DNA from: an uncultured bacterium
Lineage (GTDB): Bacteria; CSSED10-310; CAZUFC01
Length of the DNA stretch: 64,000 nucleotides
Assembly (NCBI GenBank): GCA_964619725.1
Contig: CAZUFC010000024.1
Coordinates: 1 to 64,000, forward strand
Direction: 5' to 3'
The notes under the pieces were generated by a model that searched no databases, was not told where the DNA came from, and saw only the letters and a list, made by a program, of their open reading frames with translations. Of the stretch, positions 1 through 10,153 are shown one piece after another (the first letter of the stretch is position 1; the number at the start of each line of letters is the position of its first letter). The position numbers and the translations under genes are program-made.

Positions 1-23
1 TGCGGGAATCTGAACGCTCTCAC

Positions 24-52
24 TACGATTTTGTATGAGAAATCCGGGCTAA
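24..52. mobile_element. Terminal inverted-repeat end of an IS/MITE-like element (the rest probably lies left of the window)
   Basis: TACGATTTTGTATGAGAAATCCGGG (24-48) is the exact reverse complement of 49790-49814; like the right arm at ~49820-49845 it is followed by CTAAAT. Confidence 0.6.
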
Positions 53-220
53 ATGCGGAAGTTGGGTTGATTTTTTTCGTTCAATTTTTTAATTCTAACG
101 AGAATTTGGCTGTCGCCGGTAAAACGTTATTGCTGAAATGCGCTGACGTACAGTTATTTTAACCGTTGCCGGTCGGTTTGGGCGGATTATAATAAGCGGT
201 AAATTTTTAGTTCGTAAGGG

Positions 221-2956
221 TCATTCGGAATAACCGAAATCCCAGACATCGATATTGCTCAGGATATTGATCATTTTGGAATCGGTAATAGTGGCCAGGA
301 ATTTCAGATTGTAGGCATCGCCGGCGTCGTCGGGCCAGGTGAATTCATTGAGGACGGGCAACACCGTTCTTCCGACGGGGAGTCCGAAGACGAAGTAATC
401 CAGGTGTTCGGGAAAATGCTCCCAGCTCGGCGCTGTCCAGTATTCGCCGTAGACGTCCAGAACCACGAATATCAGGACCCAGTTTATGGGGTCGTTTGGA
501 TTTCTTATGATTGCTTCCAGGCTGCAAATGTCTCCTGGAGTATAGTGATGTGAGGGCATACTCAGCGATATATTTAGTTGATTGACTTGCGGGGTGAATG
601 TCGGCGCAGCCGTTTCTGCGGGCGTTGGGGTTGCCGGAGTCTGCGTGCTGGTCGGAAAAGCGGTCGGCGATGGAGTTACGTATGAACAAGTGATTGAAAA
701 ATCGGTTTCGCTTTCGTCTTCTGCTCTGTTCCATGATGGATCGTAAACAGCGCACCTGATCCTGCAGGCATCCGAATTAAGGCAGGGAATGGTCCACTCG
801 TATGTTCCGTTATTCTGATGCCCACCTTTGACTACGATGGGCCAGGTCTCTCCGGCATCGGTTGAAAGGAAAATATCGGCATACAGAATGTGCTCGTTAT
901 CCGTCGCTTCCCAGGTTATTTCATATGTTTGTCCGGCTTCAAGCGATTCTCCTCCGTCAGGTTGAATCAACGTGATGTCGGGAATTTGTTCGTCTATCGG
1001 CATCCATTTCCATAAACCTGAATCGAAAGTTCCGGCGTAGAAGTTTTCCTCCTGGTTTTCCACTCTTAATGCGATCTGATTCAGGGTGGGAAAGGAGAGT
1101 CCTGAGCAGGACTGCTGCCAGGTCTGACCTGCGTCTTCACTGAACCACAGGCCTTCAGCGGCTGCATAGACGGTCCCGTCAACGGGAGAAACTTTTATTT
1201 CTAAAACATCTCCTTCTATTTCAGCGCCCAGACCTGTCGTCCATGTGTCGCCTCCGTCGTCCGTTCTGCAGAGATTCAATTGCGAAACCATCATGTAGTA
1301 GCGTCCGGGAAATGTCGGGTCTGCGGCCAGGGGATATCCGATATACTCGAGCGGATTCCAGGAATTACCGTAATCCGTGCTTCTGATCATGCTGTGTGTA
1401 GGTCCGTTGTAGACTCTGGCTATGATGAAAGCCGGATCGGAAGGGTCCACGGCCATACAGGCAACATTGTCCTGATGTTTCCGCACGAAATACTGCCCCG
1501 TATCTGAAGAAATCCAGATGCCGAATGTATCCGAATATTGATATAATCCGGCATAAACGTAATTCGGGTTATCCCGGCAGAATAAAACATCACCTAAACT
1601 GGCGCTGCCGCTGATATTGGTGGGATTCCAGGAATTTCCGCCGTCCGTGCTTCTGTATAAATCCTTCGCTCCGCCGAGAATTATGGATGGGTCCTCCGGA
1701 TGATACGCTGCGCTCTGAGAATATCCTCCTCCAATGCCGGTAATTTCGCTCCAGTTCAAACCGTAACTGTTGCTGAACGCTAACTTTCGGCGCTGACGGC
1801 TGCCTGCCAGAACCGTCCATTCATCCGACGGATGCAATTCAATCTCCGAAACTTTGGTGGCGCATAAATAACGATGACTTAACCGCCAATTTTCTCCTCC
1901 GTCTTCGGTGATTAATAGTCCGTCTTCGATCTTCCCGACGTAAACTCTGTTCGGGTCCGCAGGGTCGACAGCCAGGCAGCTTCCCATACCGGTGAATTGA
2001 GTCTCTGAATTTTCCCAATTTTCACCGCTGTCCGTACTTCGGAAAATAAGAGTGGGGTCCCAGTCATAGCTTCCGCCTGTGGCCCATAAAACGTCAGTAT
2101 TTGACGGGTCTGCTTTGATCCTGTTGATGGGCTCAGATAAAACCGTTTCCCAGGTGAACCCTTCGTCAGTGCTCTTTTTGATGCTCCCTTCCAGGTTCCA
2201 TCGCCGCCCCGAGAATATGGTCAAGTCGCCGTCATAAATCGCTTCAATACTCCTGGTCGATACATTCTTTGAATTCGCATAGGACTCTGCATCATAACTT
2301 CCCCTGTTCTCCCAGGTAAAACCGCCGTCCGTGCTGACTGATATCCCCGTATCGTTCGTTGCGGCATAGATGCGGTCCGGATCGTTGGGATGCGACGTAA
2401 ATTCATAGTAATCATCAGTGAAATCCAGTGGAGTCCAGGAATCGCCGGAGTCTGTAGAAAGAAAAAGTCCGGCCTTGCCTCCTAAAAGAAGCCGCTCATT
2501 ATGCGTTTCATGCACCCAGACATCGCATAACTCATCCGTAATGCCGCAGTAACTCCACGATCCGCCGCCGTCCGTGCTGCGATAGATGCTCGTCGCCGGG
2601 TCGCCCGTCACCCTGATTCCGCCGGTTACGTAAAAAACCGAAGGATTCATAGGCGCCTGGCGAATATTCCTTAAGGCTCCTTCATCCATTAATCCTTCGC
2701 CGCTCGGCATCCAGGTCTCTCCGCCGTTTACTGAACGGTTGACTCCTGTTTTCGTGCAGACCAATATGTGATTGTGATCGGCGGAATCAATGCAGATCGA
2801 TGTGCATCCTCCGCCGAAAGGTCCGTTCAGACATCGCCAACTGTAATCTTTTCTTTTCAATAAGTCCGGCGAGGCTTCCATTGCCTTTACAATGAAAAAT
2901 AAATGCGTGAACATGAAAAGCATCCCAATAAACAAATTTTTCCTGGAAATATTCAT
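221..2956 (-). CDS. Secreted BNR/Asp-box (VPS10/YCF48-like) beta-propeller protein with Ig-like domain, Pro/Thr linker and conserved C-terminal domain
   Basis: N-terminal signal peptide; many S-T-D-x-G-x-T/S-W Asp-box repeats; PTAFPTSTQTPATPTP linker; C-terminal LDVYGEYW...FTWP...FGYSE domain. Confidence 0.85.
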   Translation of the reverse strand: MNISRKNLFIGMLFMFTHLFFIVKAMEASPDLLKRKDYSWRCLNGPFGGGCTSICIDSADHNHILVCTKTGVNRSVNGGETWMPSGEGLMDEGALRNIRQAPMNPSVFYVTGGIRVTGDPATSIYRSTDGGGSWSYCGITDELCDVWVHETHNERLLLGGKAGLFLSTDSGDSWTPLDFTDDYYEFTSHPNDPDRIYAATNDTGISVSTDGGFTWENRGSYDAESYANSKNVSTRSIEAIYDGDLTIFSGRRWNLEGSIKKSTDEGFTWETVLSEPINRIKADPSNTDVLWATGGSYDWDPTLIFRSTDSGENWENSETQFTGMGSCLAVDPADPNRVYVGKIEDGLLITEDGGENWRLSHRYLCATKVSEIELHPSDEWTVLAGSRQRRKLAFSNSYGLNWSEITGIGGGYSQSAAYHPEDPSIILGGAKDLYRSTDGGNSWNPTNISGSASLGDVLFCRDNPNYVYAGLYQYSDTFGIWISSDTGQYFVRKHQDNVACMAVDPSDPAFIIARVYNGPTHSMIRSTDYGNSWNPLEYIGYPLAADPTFPGRYYMMVSQLNLCRTDDGGDTWTTGLGAEIEGDVLEIKVSPVDGTVYAAAEGLWFSEDAGQTWQQSCSGLSFPTLNQIALRVENQEENFYAGTFDSGLWKWMPIDEQIPDITLIQPDGGESLEAGQTYEITWEATDNEHILYADIFLSTDAGETWPIVVKGGHQNNGTYEWTIPCLNSDACRIRCAVYDPSWNRAEDESETDFSITCSYVTPSPTAFPTSTQTPATPTPAETAAPTFTPQVNQLNISLSMPSHHYTPGDICSLEAIIRNPNDPINWVLIFVVLDVYGEYWTAPSWEHFPEHLDYFVFGLPVGRTVLPVLNEFTWPDDAGDAYNLKFLATITDSKMINILSNIDVWDFGYSE

Positions 2957-3302
2957 GGTTGAACCTGCCCATTAATTTTGCCGATAAGAATTTTCTTGCC
3001 GGCTATGTTGAAATTCGTACATCGTTCCTCACGAAAAGGCATGCGATGAAAGTTTCAATGTCATGCCGGAGTTGCTGTTCGTTTTTAGTGATTTCATTGA
3101 AAATTATAAGAGGTGTGAGTTTCCTTTATCATGAGAGACAAGCGATTAATTTTTTCACTTGTCGATCAAGATAAATAGACCAGAAAAGGGAAAAAAAGTC
3201 AAAATGCAGGAACTGAAATTCCGTGGCTCTATTCTGAACGATGAAGTGGAATATATCCGGGGCGATTAGGATGGGATTGAGTTTGGGTAGGGGCTTGATT
3301 AT

Positions 3303-3387
3303 AAGGGACAAAGGGACAAAGGGACAAAGGGACAAAGGGACAAAGGGACCTAAGAGACCTAAGGGACCTAAGGGACAGAAGGGACGA
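3303..3387. repeat. Short tandem repeat tract (AAGGGACA x5, then 9-nt AAGGGACCT-like units x5)
   Basis: Directly visible 8-nt and then 9-nt periodicity. Confidence 0.9.
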
Positions 3388-3724
3388 TTGGGGTATTAAA
3401 TCATTTGTATCATCAAAAACGGTCATCTGAAAATTAACCGTTTTCGGAAAGAAACGGAATTTTTGGACTGATCTTACCGGGGCAGCGCTTTTTCATAGAA
3501 CATTTGACTGATTGAAATACCTATTAAAAAACTGATCCTTGCCCATAATTATCTGTTTGACGATTTCATCGCTGTCATTTCATGGATGGGCATTTATATT
3601 TAATGGAAAAAGAAAAATGCTGTTGATCCTAACTCTTAACCCGCCAGCGTGGGGACTTTGCCTGTGAGCGCTGTTTGACTGTCTGATTTCGGCAGTTCAT
3701 TATTTTTGATCCTACGCAGCCTTT

Positions 3725-3765
3725 GTCGGGAATCGGAGTCGGCGTCGGCATCGCAATCGTAAATC
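3725..3765. repeat. Degenerate hexamer repeat (NRTCGG/NATCGN)
   Basis: GTCGGG AATCGG AGTCGG CGTCGG CATCGC AATCGT; a similar tract lies at 46414-46446. Confidence 0.6.
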
Positions 3766-3887
3766 AAATATACAGAATGGTTCCAATCGAACTCTTGTGT
3801 TACGTGTGTGTAATAGTCAGTTTAATTAAGGGGGGATTTCACAGCGCCGATTTTTTGAGTCAAATGTAAGCTGTGTTCGATCAGCCC

Positions 3888-3912
3888 CAAAATTTAATGC
3901 TGGACAGCCACT
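3888..3912. mobile_element. MITE-like element end shared with 15769-15793
   Basis: CAAAATTTAATGCTGGACAGCCACT matches 15769-15793 at 24 of 25 positions. Confidence 0.6.
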
Positions 3913-3914
3913 TG

Positions 3915-4060
3915 GGTTTTTGATCCATAAACGGGCGAATTTAACTTAAAGCAATTAAGACAAGGATTTGCGAGGCAGGGGTAATGCATATACGTTGACT
4001 GAGCAAATCCGCAGCCTGACGCAGTATTGGGGGAAATTCGCCGTTTATGGACAAAAACGA
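3915..4060. mobile_element. ~140-bp MITE-like element with terminal inverted repeats
   Basis: Left GTTTTTGATCCATAAACGGGCGAATTT versus reverse complement of right GTTTTTGTCCATAAACGGCGAATTT; no coding capacity. Confidence 0.7.
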
Positions 4061-4109
4061 GTTAGTTGACAGTCACCTAGTTATCAGTATTTTTTTTGCA
4101 TTGCCTCTT

Positions 4110-7100
4110 TTATCGGACGATCATGTAGGGCCATGTTTTGATATTGCCGGTATGGTCTACGGCCTGAATTTCGACGACCAGTTGCAGGGGATTTACTCCG
4201 GGTCCGAAGGGGAGCGTCATGGTGTAGAGGTAGTCTCCTGCGGTCATATCGCCGTTGGTTCCTTCGTCGTTGAGTTCCAGTCCCAGGGGTTCGCCCTGGT
4301 AGGCTATTTCCAGTTTTTCCAGGTCTTCATCCAGAGAAATGGCCATGAGGATCATATTTCCGCCGTCCTCGCTGGTTATTCTTGTGGTCCAGTAACCTCC
4401 GACCAGGATATTGGGCGGTGTGAGGTCCACGGTAATGAAAACGGGAGGTTTGGGAGTTTCCGCATTGCCGAGTTCGTCGACGGCCCTGGATTGGACTTCG
4501 AACAATCCTTCCTGCAACTGCCAAACATAGGTCCACTGCACGCTGCCAGAGGCTTGTTCCCAGGTTTGACCTCCGTCCGTGGATATTTCAACGTACTGTA
4601 CGCCGGCGCCGTCGTCAGAGGCTGTTCCTTCAATGATGAATTCTTCTGTTCCGCCGATGGTTTGTCCGTCTTCCAGGTTTTGAATGTCGGATTCGGGAGG
4701 AATGTTGTCTATCAGCACTTCTACCGTGGTGATGTCCGTCTGGACATTCGTGGCTATATCGGTGGCTCTGGATGATATTGTGACCATGCCCTGGTCCGGG
4801 AGGTTCCACACGTAGGACCAGTTTTCCAAACCCTGGGCCATGCTCCAGGTATCGCCTCCGTCCACGCTTATTTCCACTTTTTCGAGTCCGCAACCTTGAT
4901 CCTGCGCAGTTCCGGCGACGGTATAGGTTTCGCCTCCGATGGCGTCGCCGTTCTGCGGATCTACGATATCGGAATCCGGGGGTATGAGGTCGACTTCAAC
5001 CTCTCTACCGGGTTGCGGAGTTTCAATATTACCGGCTATATCCGTCGCCCTGCTTTTCAGGATATAATTTCCGTCGCCGGGTATGGTCCACTGGTAGCTC
5101 CAGTTTTCGGTTCCTTCGGCCTCATGCCAGGTCGCGCCGTCGTCTACGCTGATCTCGACTGTTTCCACGCTGGTAAGAGCGTCGGAAGCGGTTCCTTCAA
5201 TGGTATAGACTCCACCGCCCACGCAGCCGTCTTCGCCGGGGTGTGTAATGATCGATTGAGGCGGCGTTCTGTCGATGGTGACGGTATGTTCTGCCGGCGT
5301 TTCGATATTGCCGGCACTGTCCGTGGCTTTTGTGTAAAGCGTTACAGCGCCTTCTTCGCCGGGAAGTGTCCACTGGAAGGACCAGTTTTCGGTTCCGTCT
5401 ACAGGAAGCCACGTCATTCCGTTATCCGTGCTGATCTCAACTGAGTCGACCCCTGTCAAGTTATCTTCGGCCGTTCCTGTTATCGTATACTGATCGCCGT
5501 TGAGGGCTCCGCCGTCCGGGGGGTCGGTTATCAACGACGTCGGAGCGGTATTGTCTACGAATACGCCAACGCTTTCGCCGGGCGTTTCCTCATTGCCTCC
5601 GAAATCGGTCGCACGGGAAATCAGTTCATACTCGCCGTCTTCGGGCAACGTCCATTCCAGGCTCCAGCTATCGGTTCCCGTCGCCTGCAGCCAGGTCTGT
5701 CCGCCGTCGTAGCTGACCTCAACGATTTCCACGCCGGCCACATTATCCGAAGCCGTTCCCGTAATCGTATAAGTCGTGCCGCTCAGGAAAGCGCCGTCTT
5801 CCGGATCGGCAATATCGGACGCCGGGGCTATCGTATCCACGGTCACATTTACTGCAGGACCGGGCGATGTTTCTTCATTCGTCGCATTATCCACCGCGCG
5901 TGAAAGAATATGGTATACACCGTCTTCGCCGAGTTCCCAGAGGTAAGACCAGGATTCAGCGCCTTGAGCCATGTCCCAGGTTACGCCGTTATCCACGCTG
6001 ACTTCAACGAAATCGACGCCGGCGACATCATCGGAAGCCGTTCCCATTATGGTGCAGGTTTCTCCGCCAATGTAACTTCCTTCAATCGGGTCGGTGACGG
6101 CCGATTCCGGGGGAACCTGGTCTACGGTTACCCTATGGCCGTCTTCGGGCAGTTCGGTCCAGCCCGCCAGATCGGTCGCCTTGGACAGGATAGTGTAAGT
6201 CCCGGATTCCGGAAGAGTCCATTCATAGGACCACTGCTCGGTTCCAACTGCCGGATTGAATGTCTGTCCGCCGTCCGTGCTTACTTCGATGTAGTCTATC
6301 CCGGAGCACTGCGGCGAATCGTTGGCGCTACCGGTTATGGTATAAACCTCTCCGCCGCCGACATATCCTTCGTGCGGAGGATTAATGACGACCGAACTGG
6401 GAAGAGTTTTGTCGACGCACACCGTGATGATATATGGTTCGCTTTCATTGGATGCGTTATCCCGGGCTTTGCAGGCGATATCATATTCGCCGGGATTGAA
6501 GGGGCTCCAGTTTATCTCCCAGGTCCCGCCGGGCAATTGCCGCGCTATGTTCCAACTGGGCGGCCAGGTATTGACGTTCGCAAAGTATACCTTGTATATT
6601 CCCGATTCCCCATCAGACATGGTTCCCTCAACCGTGAAAGCTTCACCCGCCAGTATCTGTCCCGGTTCAGGATAGGTTATCTCCGCTTCAGGATCGGTTT
6701 CATCCAGGTCAGAACCCACGGTAAACGTATACGTTTCATCCAGCGTGTTGGGAGGGGACCACCTGTCGGATGCCTGTACCCGCACTTCCACGGTCGATCC
6801 CGCATCGAAAACGGTTTCATTATCGTGAAAGACATGATAATACCTGTCTAGATAGATGGGATAAATATCATCGATACTTACGGGAGCGCCGTTTACTTCT
6901 ATGGACACCGTATCCGGGTCCACTCCGGTCATTTCATCCTTCACATTCATGTAAATATCCGCATTTCTGTAGACGTTTCCGGCACTTTTTGCGGGAAAAT
7001 TCTGAGCCGTATAGGGCGCCGCCGAATCGACCGATATGGGGAAGGAATACTCGTAGAGCATGTAATTTTCCTCGGTGGAAAAATCATAGGCTTCTGCGAT

Positions 7101-9410
7101 AACCGTAACTTCCGAACCGGGTTCAAAATTCTCGTCGGGGGTGTAGCGGATGGGAATTTTAAACCTGTTTCCGCCGACAATGACGTCATAGGGGGCAACA
7201 GGTTCGCCGTTTTCCACAATTTGTATTCCGTCGACCGTCACGTTAAGGGTCGAACGGTCAATGCCCGCTTCAATATCCTTGACCCTCAGGTAAACGTCCG
7301 TATCAGGCGCTGCGCCTTCGCCCGGCTCCGGACTGTATTGGTCCACAACGGGAGCTTCCGTATCTTCTATCGAACCGGTATAAAAATCGTAAATAATGTC
7401 TCCTTCATTAGGCGGGTCAGCCTGGTCCGCCAGGTGCATCTCAACAGTCTGTTCATTATTGGGATCGAAATTTTGCGCAGGGGAATACACTACGATATAC
7501 TGGGTCTGATCGCCGTCAACGTCTGTAATCGTCACAAGTCCGCCGGTCAAATCTTCGCCGTTTTCAACGATCAGAAGGTCGTTCACAGACATATCGAATT
7601 CATTTATATCTACGCCCGATGCCTGATCATAAAATTCCGTCTGTATCTTTGTGTTGATCGCCACATCCGTTTCATTCAGTCCGGGAATGAATACTCCGGC
7701 ATAGGGAGCATTCACGTCTTTCGTCGTAAACCAGTAGGCATCCTGCGTCATCACTGCAGGAGGATCGGACAGGTCCTGGGCGTCAACCGTCACGTAAACG
7801 GTTTGATTATCTCCAAACCCGACCAGCGACGAATAACGCAATTCATAATCTGCAGGGCTTCCGGTAATTTCCACTGAAGCCTCTTCGCCATTGACGGTCA
7901 TTAATATGGAAGATTCATCCACGCCGTTGCCCTCGTCGTTGACGTGAACCACCAGGTCAGTGCGCGGATCGACGCCTTCTTCATACCTTTCCGGGTCATG
8001 ACGGTCCGTGAACGGAGGGGCCGTGTCATGAGATACCGCAAATTCTTCCACCAGATTCCCGTCTTCGTTCGGCGGCGACGCATTATCCTGAGCCCTCACC
8101 GTAACGAAATACAACGTTTCCTCTTCCAATCCCTCCAGGTTGTAGACCCAGGTTCCGCCTCTGTATTCGGCATCTACGAATTCAAGTTTCGTCCCGGCTA
8201 TGGCAGGCGATGTCTGGCTGTAATAAACGTTGAAGGATACAGGCGGCGAAGATGCATCCGACGCTTCCTCCCATCGAATCCGTATGCTGGTATCGGATGA
8301 GCCTTCGGCTGATTGCACCCCGATCATATCATCCCAGACCGGCGGTTCGATATCTTCCGTAGTTCCCGTCGTAAAAGAAAAATTGTATGTCGTCATCGCA
8401 TTGGGAGGGTCCTGCGCATCGCTTGCATCAACCTGCACGTCCACAACCTGCATCGCAGAAAAAGGTAAATCAGGATTATACCGAATCAGGTAGCTTTCCG
8501 CATCGCCTCTGAATTGAACGTTTCCTCCCGTCTGGTCCTGTCCGTTCTGGACGATATAGGTCCCTTCAACCGTGATGTCTATGGACTGAAGGTCCAATCC
8601 TATGCCGACGTCGCTCAACAGAACAATGACAGCCGTGTTCATCGATACTCCGTCAGCCCCGTTTTCCGGCGCCGTTCCATCCACCGTCGGGGCAAGTAAA
8701 TCTATCGTCGTAAATTCAACCGTTTCCAGCATGTAATTGTAAGTGTCGTTATCACGAGCCCTTACGCTGACCCTCACTTCCTCGTAAGTGTTCCATCCGC
8801 CAGGCGGAGAATACTCCACAAAATAATGATAAGGAGGATCAATCTCACTTACTATGCCCGATACCTCCTCATCGTTCACCTGCAACTGCAACGAACTTAA
8901 ATCCACTCCATTCCCGTCATCTTTTAAATCAAAATATATGTCCGCATCCAGGGGAACTCCCGTCTCTCCGTCCGCTGGATAAAATCCCTCCGTATAAGGC
9001 GGCTCAGGGTCCCACAGAATATATTTCTCCTCCATATTGTCGTCTTCATTGGGAGGATCAGCCGAATCCAGCGCCCTGACGCCGAAATAATATTCGTTGT
9101 TCGGCGTAATAGCCGTTATTAACGTGGAATACTCATAATCGCCGCCCGGTTCCGGCTCCGATTCCAATAAAAAAGAACCGGCAAACGGCGGCGACGTCTC
9201 CGAATAATATATCTTGTAGACGACCGGAGGCGATTGAGTATCGGTCGCTCCGTTCCAGAATACCCTCACGCCCGTTTCTTCGCCCGCTAAGGCCCTTACG
9301 CCTTCCGTAAAATCCCATTCCGGCGGAGTCGTATCCTGTGCCCCTGCCGGCGCATATATCAGGAGACTTAATGCAAGCGACATGATGAATATTGTCGACG
9401 TCCGTTTCAT
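4110..9410 (-). CDS. Large secreted Ig/Fn3-repeat surface protein (2 Fn3-like, 6 SbsA/Big_5-like and 8 tandem ~95-aa Ig-like repeats, C-terminal choice-of-anchor-X-like domain)
   Basis: Signal peptide (…PAGA-Q); repeats D-x-x-P-P-x-S-x-I-x-x-P…GTASD…VEVSxDxGxTW…WSYxW…ATDxAGN; C-terminal LNDEGTNGDMTAGDYLYT motif; GGAGG RBS. Confidence 0.85.
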   Translation of the reverse strand: MKRTSTIFIMSLALSLLIYAPAGAQDTTPPEWDFTEGVRALAGEETGVRVFWNGATDTQSPPVVYKIYYSETSPPFAGSFLLESEPEPGGDYEYSTLITAITPNNEYYFGVRALDSADPPNEDDNMEEKYILWDPEPPYTEGFYPADGETGVPLDADIYFDLKDDGNGVDLSSLQLQVNDEEVSGIVSEIDPPYHYFVEYSPPGGWNTYEEVRVSVRARDNDTYNYMLETVEFTTIDLLAPTVDGTAPENGADGVSMNTAVIVLLSDVGIGLDLQSIDITVEGTYIVQNGQDQTGGNVQFRGDAESYLIRYNPDLPFSAMQVVDVQVDASDAQDPPNAMTTYNFSFTTGTTEDIEPPVWDDMIGVQSAEGSSDTSIRIRWEEASDASSPPVSFNVYYSQTSPAIAGTKLEFVDAEYRGGTWVYNLEGLEEETLYFVTVRAQDNASPPNEDGNLVEEFAVSHDTAPPFTDRHDPERYEEGVDPRTDLVVHVNDEGNGVDESSILMTVNGEEASVEITGSPADYELRYSSLVGFGDNQTVYVTVDAQDLSDPPAVMTQDAYWFTTKDVNAPYAGVFIPGLNETDVAINTKIQTEFYDQASGVDINEFDMSVNDLLIVENGEDLTGGLVTITDVDGDQTQYIVVYSPAQNFDPNNEQTVEMHLADQADPPNEGDIIYDFYTGSIEDTEAPVVDQYSPEPGEGAAPDTDVYLRVKDIEAGIDRSTLNVTVDGIQIVENGEPVAPYDVIVGGNRFKIPIRYTPDENFEPGSEVTVIAEAYDFSTEENYMLYEYSFPISVDSAAPYTAQNFPAKSAGNVYRNADIYMNVKDEMTGVDPDTVSIEVNGAPVSIDDIYPIYLDRYYHVFHDNETVFDAGSTVEVRVQASDRWSPPNTLDETYTFTVGSDLDETDPEAEITYPEPGQILAGEAFTVEGTMSDGESGIYKVYFANVNTWPPSWNIARQLPGGTWEINWSPFNPGEYDIACKARDNASNESEPYIITVCVDKTLPSSVVINPPHEGYVGGGEVYTITGSANDSPQCSGIDYIEVSTDGGQTFNPAVGTEQWSYEWTLPESGTYTILSKATDLAGWTELPEDGHRVTVDQVPPESAVTDPIEGSYIGGETCTIMGTASDDVAGVDFVEVSVDNGVTWDMAQGAESWSYLWELGEDGVYHILSRAVDNATNEETSPGPAVNVTVDTIAPASDIADPEDGAFLSGTTYTITGTASDNVAGVEIVEVSYDGGQTWLQATGTDSWSLEWTLPEDGEYELISRATDFGGNEETPGESVGVFVDNTAPTSLITDPPDGGALNGDQYTITGTAEDNLTGVDSVEISTDNGMTWLPVDGTENWSFQWTLPGEEGAVTLYTKATDSAGNIETPAEHTVTIDRTPPQSIITHPGEDGCVGGGVYTIEGTASDALTSVETVEISVDDGATWHEAEGTENWSYQWTIPGDGNYILKSRATDIAGNIETPQPGREVEVDLIPPDSDIVDPQNGDAIGGETYTVAGTAQDQGCGLEKVEISVDGGDTWSMAQGLENWSYVWNLPDQGMVTISSRATDIATNVQTDITTVEVLIDNIPPESDIQNLEDGQTIGGTEEFIIEGTASDDGAGVQYVEISTDGGQTWEQASGSVQWTYVWQLQEGLFEVQSRAVDELGNAETPKPPVFITVDLTPPNILVGGYWTTRITSEDGGNMILMAISLDEDLEKLEIAYQGEPLGLELNDEGTNGDMTAGDYLYTMTLPFGPGVNPLQLVVEIQAVDHTGNIKTWPYMIVR

Positions 9411-9617
9411 TTGTATCCTCCCGGTAAAAAATTACCTGAAAAAATCTTTATACTCCGGCGTTCCCTGAACCCGGAAAAATCTTTCGTTTATGAATTGTGA
9501 ACTGTTCCGTCCAGTCCGGCTTTTCCGTTTGTGCCATGATTTCGGTTTCCTCAACCCGTTTGGAATTCAACCGTTTCTATTATAGCTTAAAAACCGGGAG
9601 AAGGAAAGGATGGGGTG

Positions 9618-9660
9618 GGAAGATTGGAAGAATGGAAAAATGAGAGATTGCAAGAGGGGA
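9618..9660. repeat. Degenerate octamer (GAAGATTG-like) purine tract
   Basis: GAAGATTG GAAGAATG GAAAAATG AGAGATTG CAAGAGGG. Confidence 0.6.
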
Positions 9661-9723
9661 TTGATCGTTTATGGGCGGGATTTTAGCTTTGGGGATATTT
9701 TTGGGGAACGCCGGCATTTCCGC

Positions 9724-10149
9724 TCAGATGAAGTTGACGTAAACCGCGGCGTCGGCGTCTTCGACTACCGCTGTAACTTTAGACGTCGCCGTGGTGAAGG
9801 AGCTTCTTAATACGGCGTAAACCATTCCCTGGCCGTTTGTTAACGGTATGTCCACAGCCGTCCATTCCTGGTTTTCCTCGTCGTACTGATATTCCGTGAG
9901 GTCTCCTTCTGTTGCCGTCATTACTACGGAGACTCCGGACACAGGCTCGTCGTCTTTGTCTTCCACTATGACGGTGATGATGGATTCGCTTTCACCGTCT
10001 GCAGGAATGGTTTCAGGGAATGCAGACATAATAATGGTATAGTCGGAAATGGATGAGGGACCGGAATGATCATCCTCGCTTGGAGTGCATGCGTAGAGAA
10101 GCAGAAAGCCGAGACAGGCTGCGGTAAAAAGGGTTAATTTTGGTTTCAT
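9724..10149 (-). CDS. Lipoprotein with invasin/Big_1-type Ig-like domain
   Basis: Lipobox LYA-C; IPADGESESIITVIVEDKDDEPVSGVSVVMTATEG is typical of Big_1. Start set at MKPKL (10149). Confidence 0.75.
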   Translation of the reverse strand: MKPKLTLFTAACLGFLLLYACTPSEDDHSGPSSISDYTIIMSAFPETIPADGESESIITVIVEDKDDEPVSGVSVVMTATEGDLTEYQYDEENQEWTAVDIPLTNGQGMVYAVLRSSFTTATSKVTAVVEDADAAVYVNFI

Positions 10150-10153
10150 GTGA

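Noticed and set aside
3129-3426. Small ORFs containing SLCPFVPL/LRSLRS repeats
   Set aside because: They are translations of the octamer tandem repeat, with no RBS or protein-like features.
4047-8699. Several long plus-strand ORFs opposite the 1766-aa gene (also 13297-14247 and 44901-45893)
   Set aside because: Antisense shadows of well-supported genes, with no recognisable motifs.
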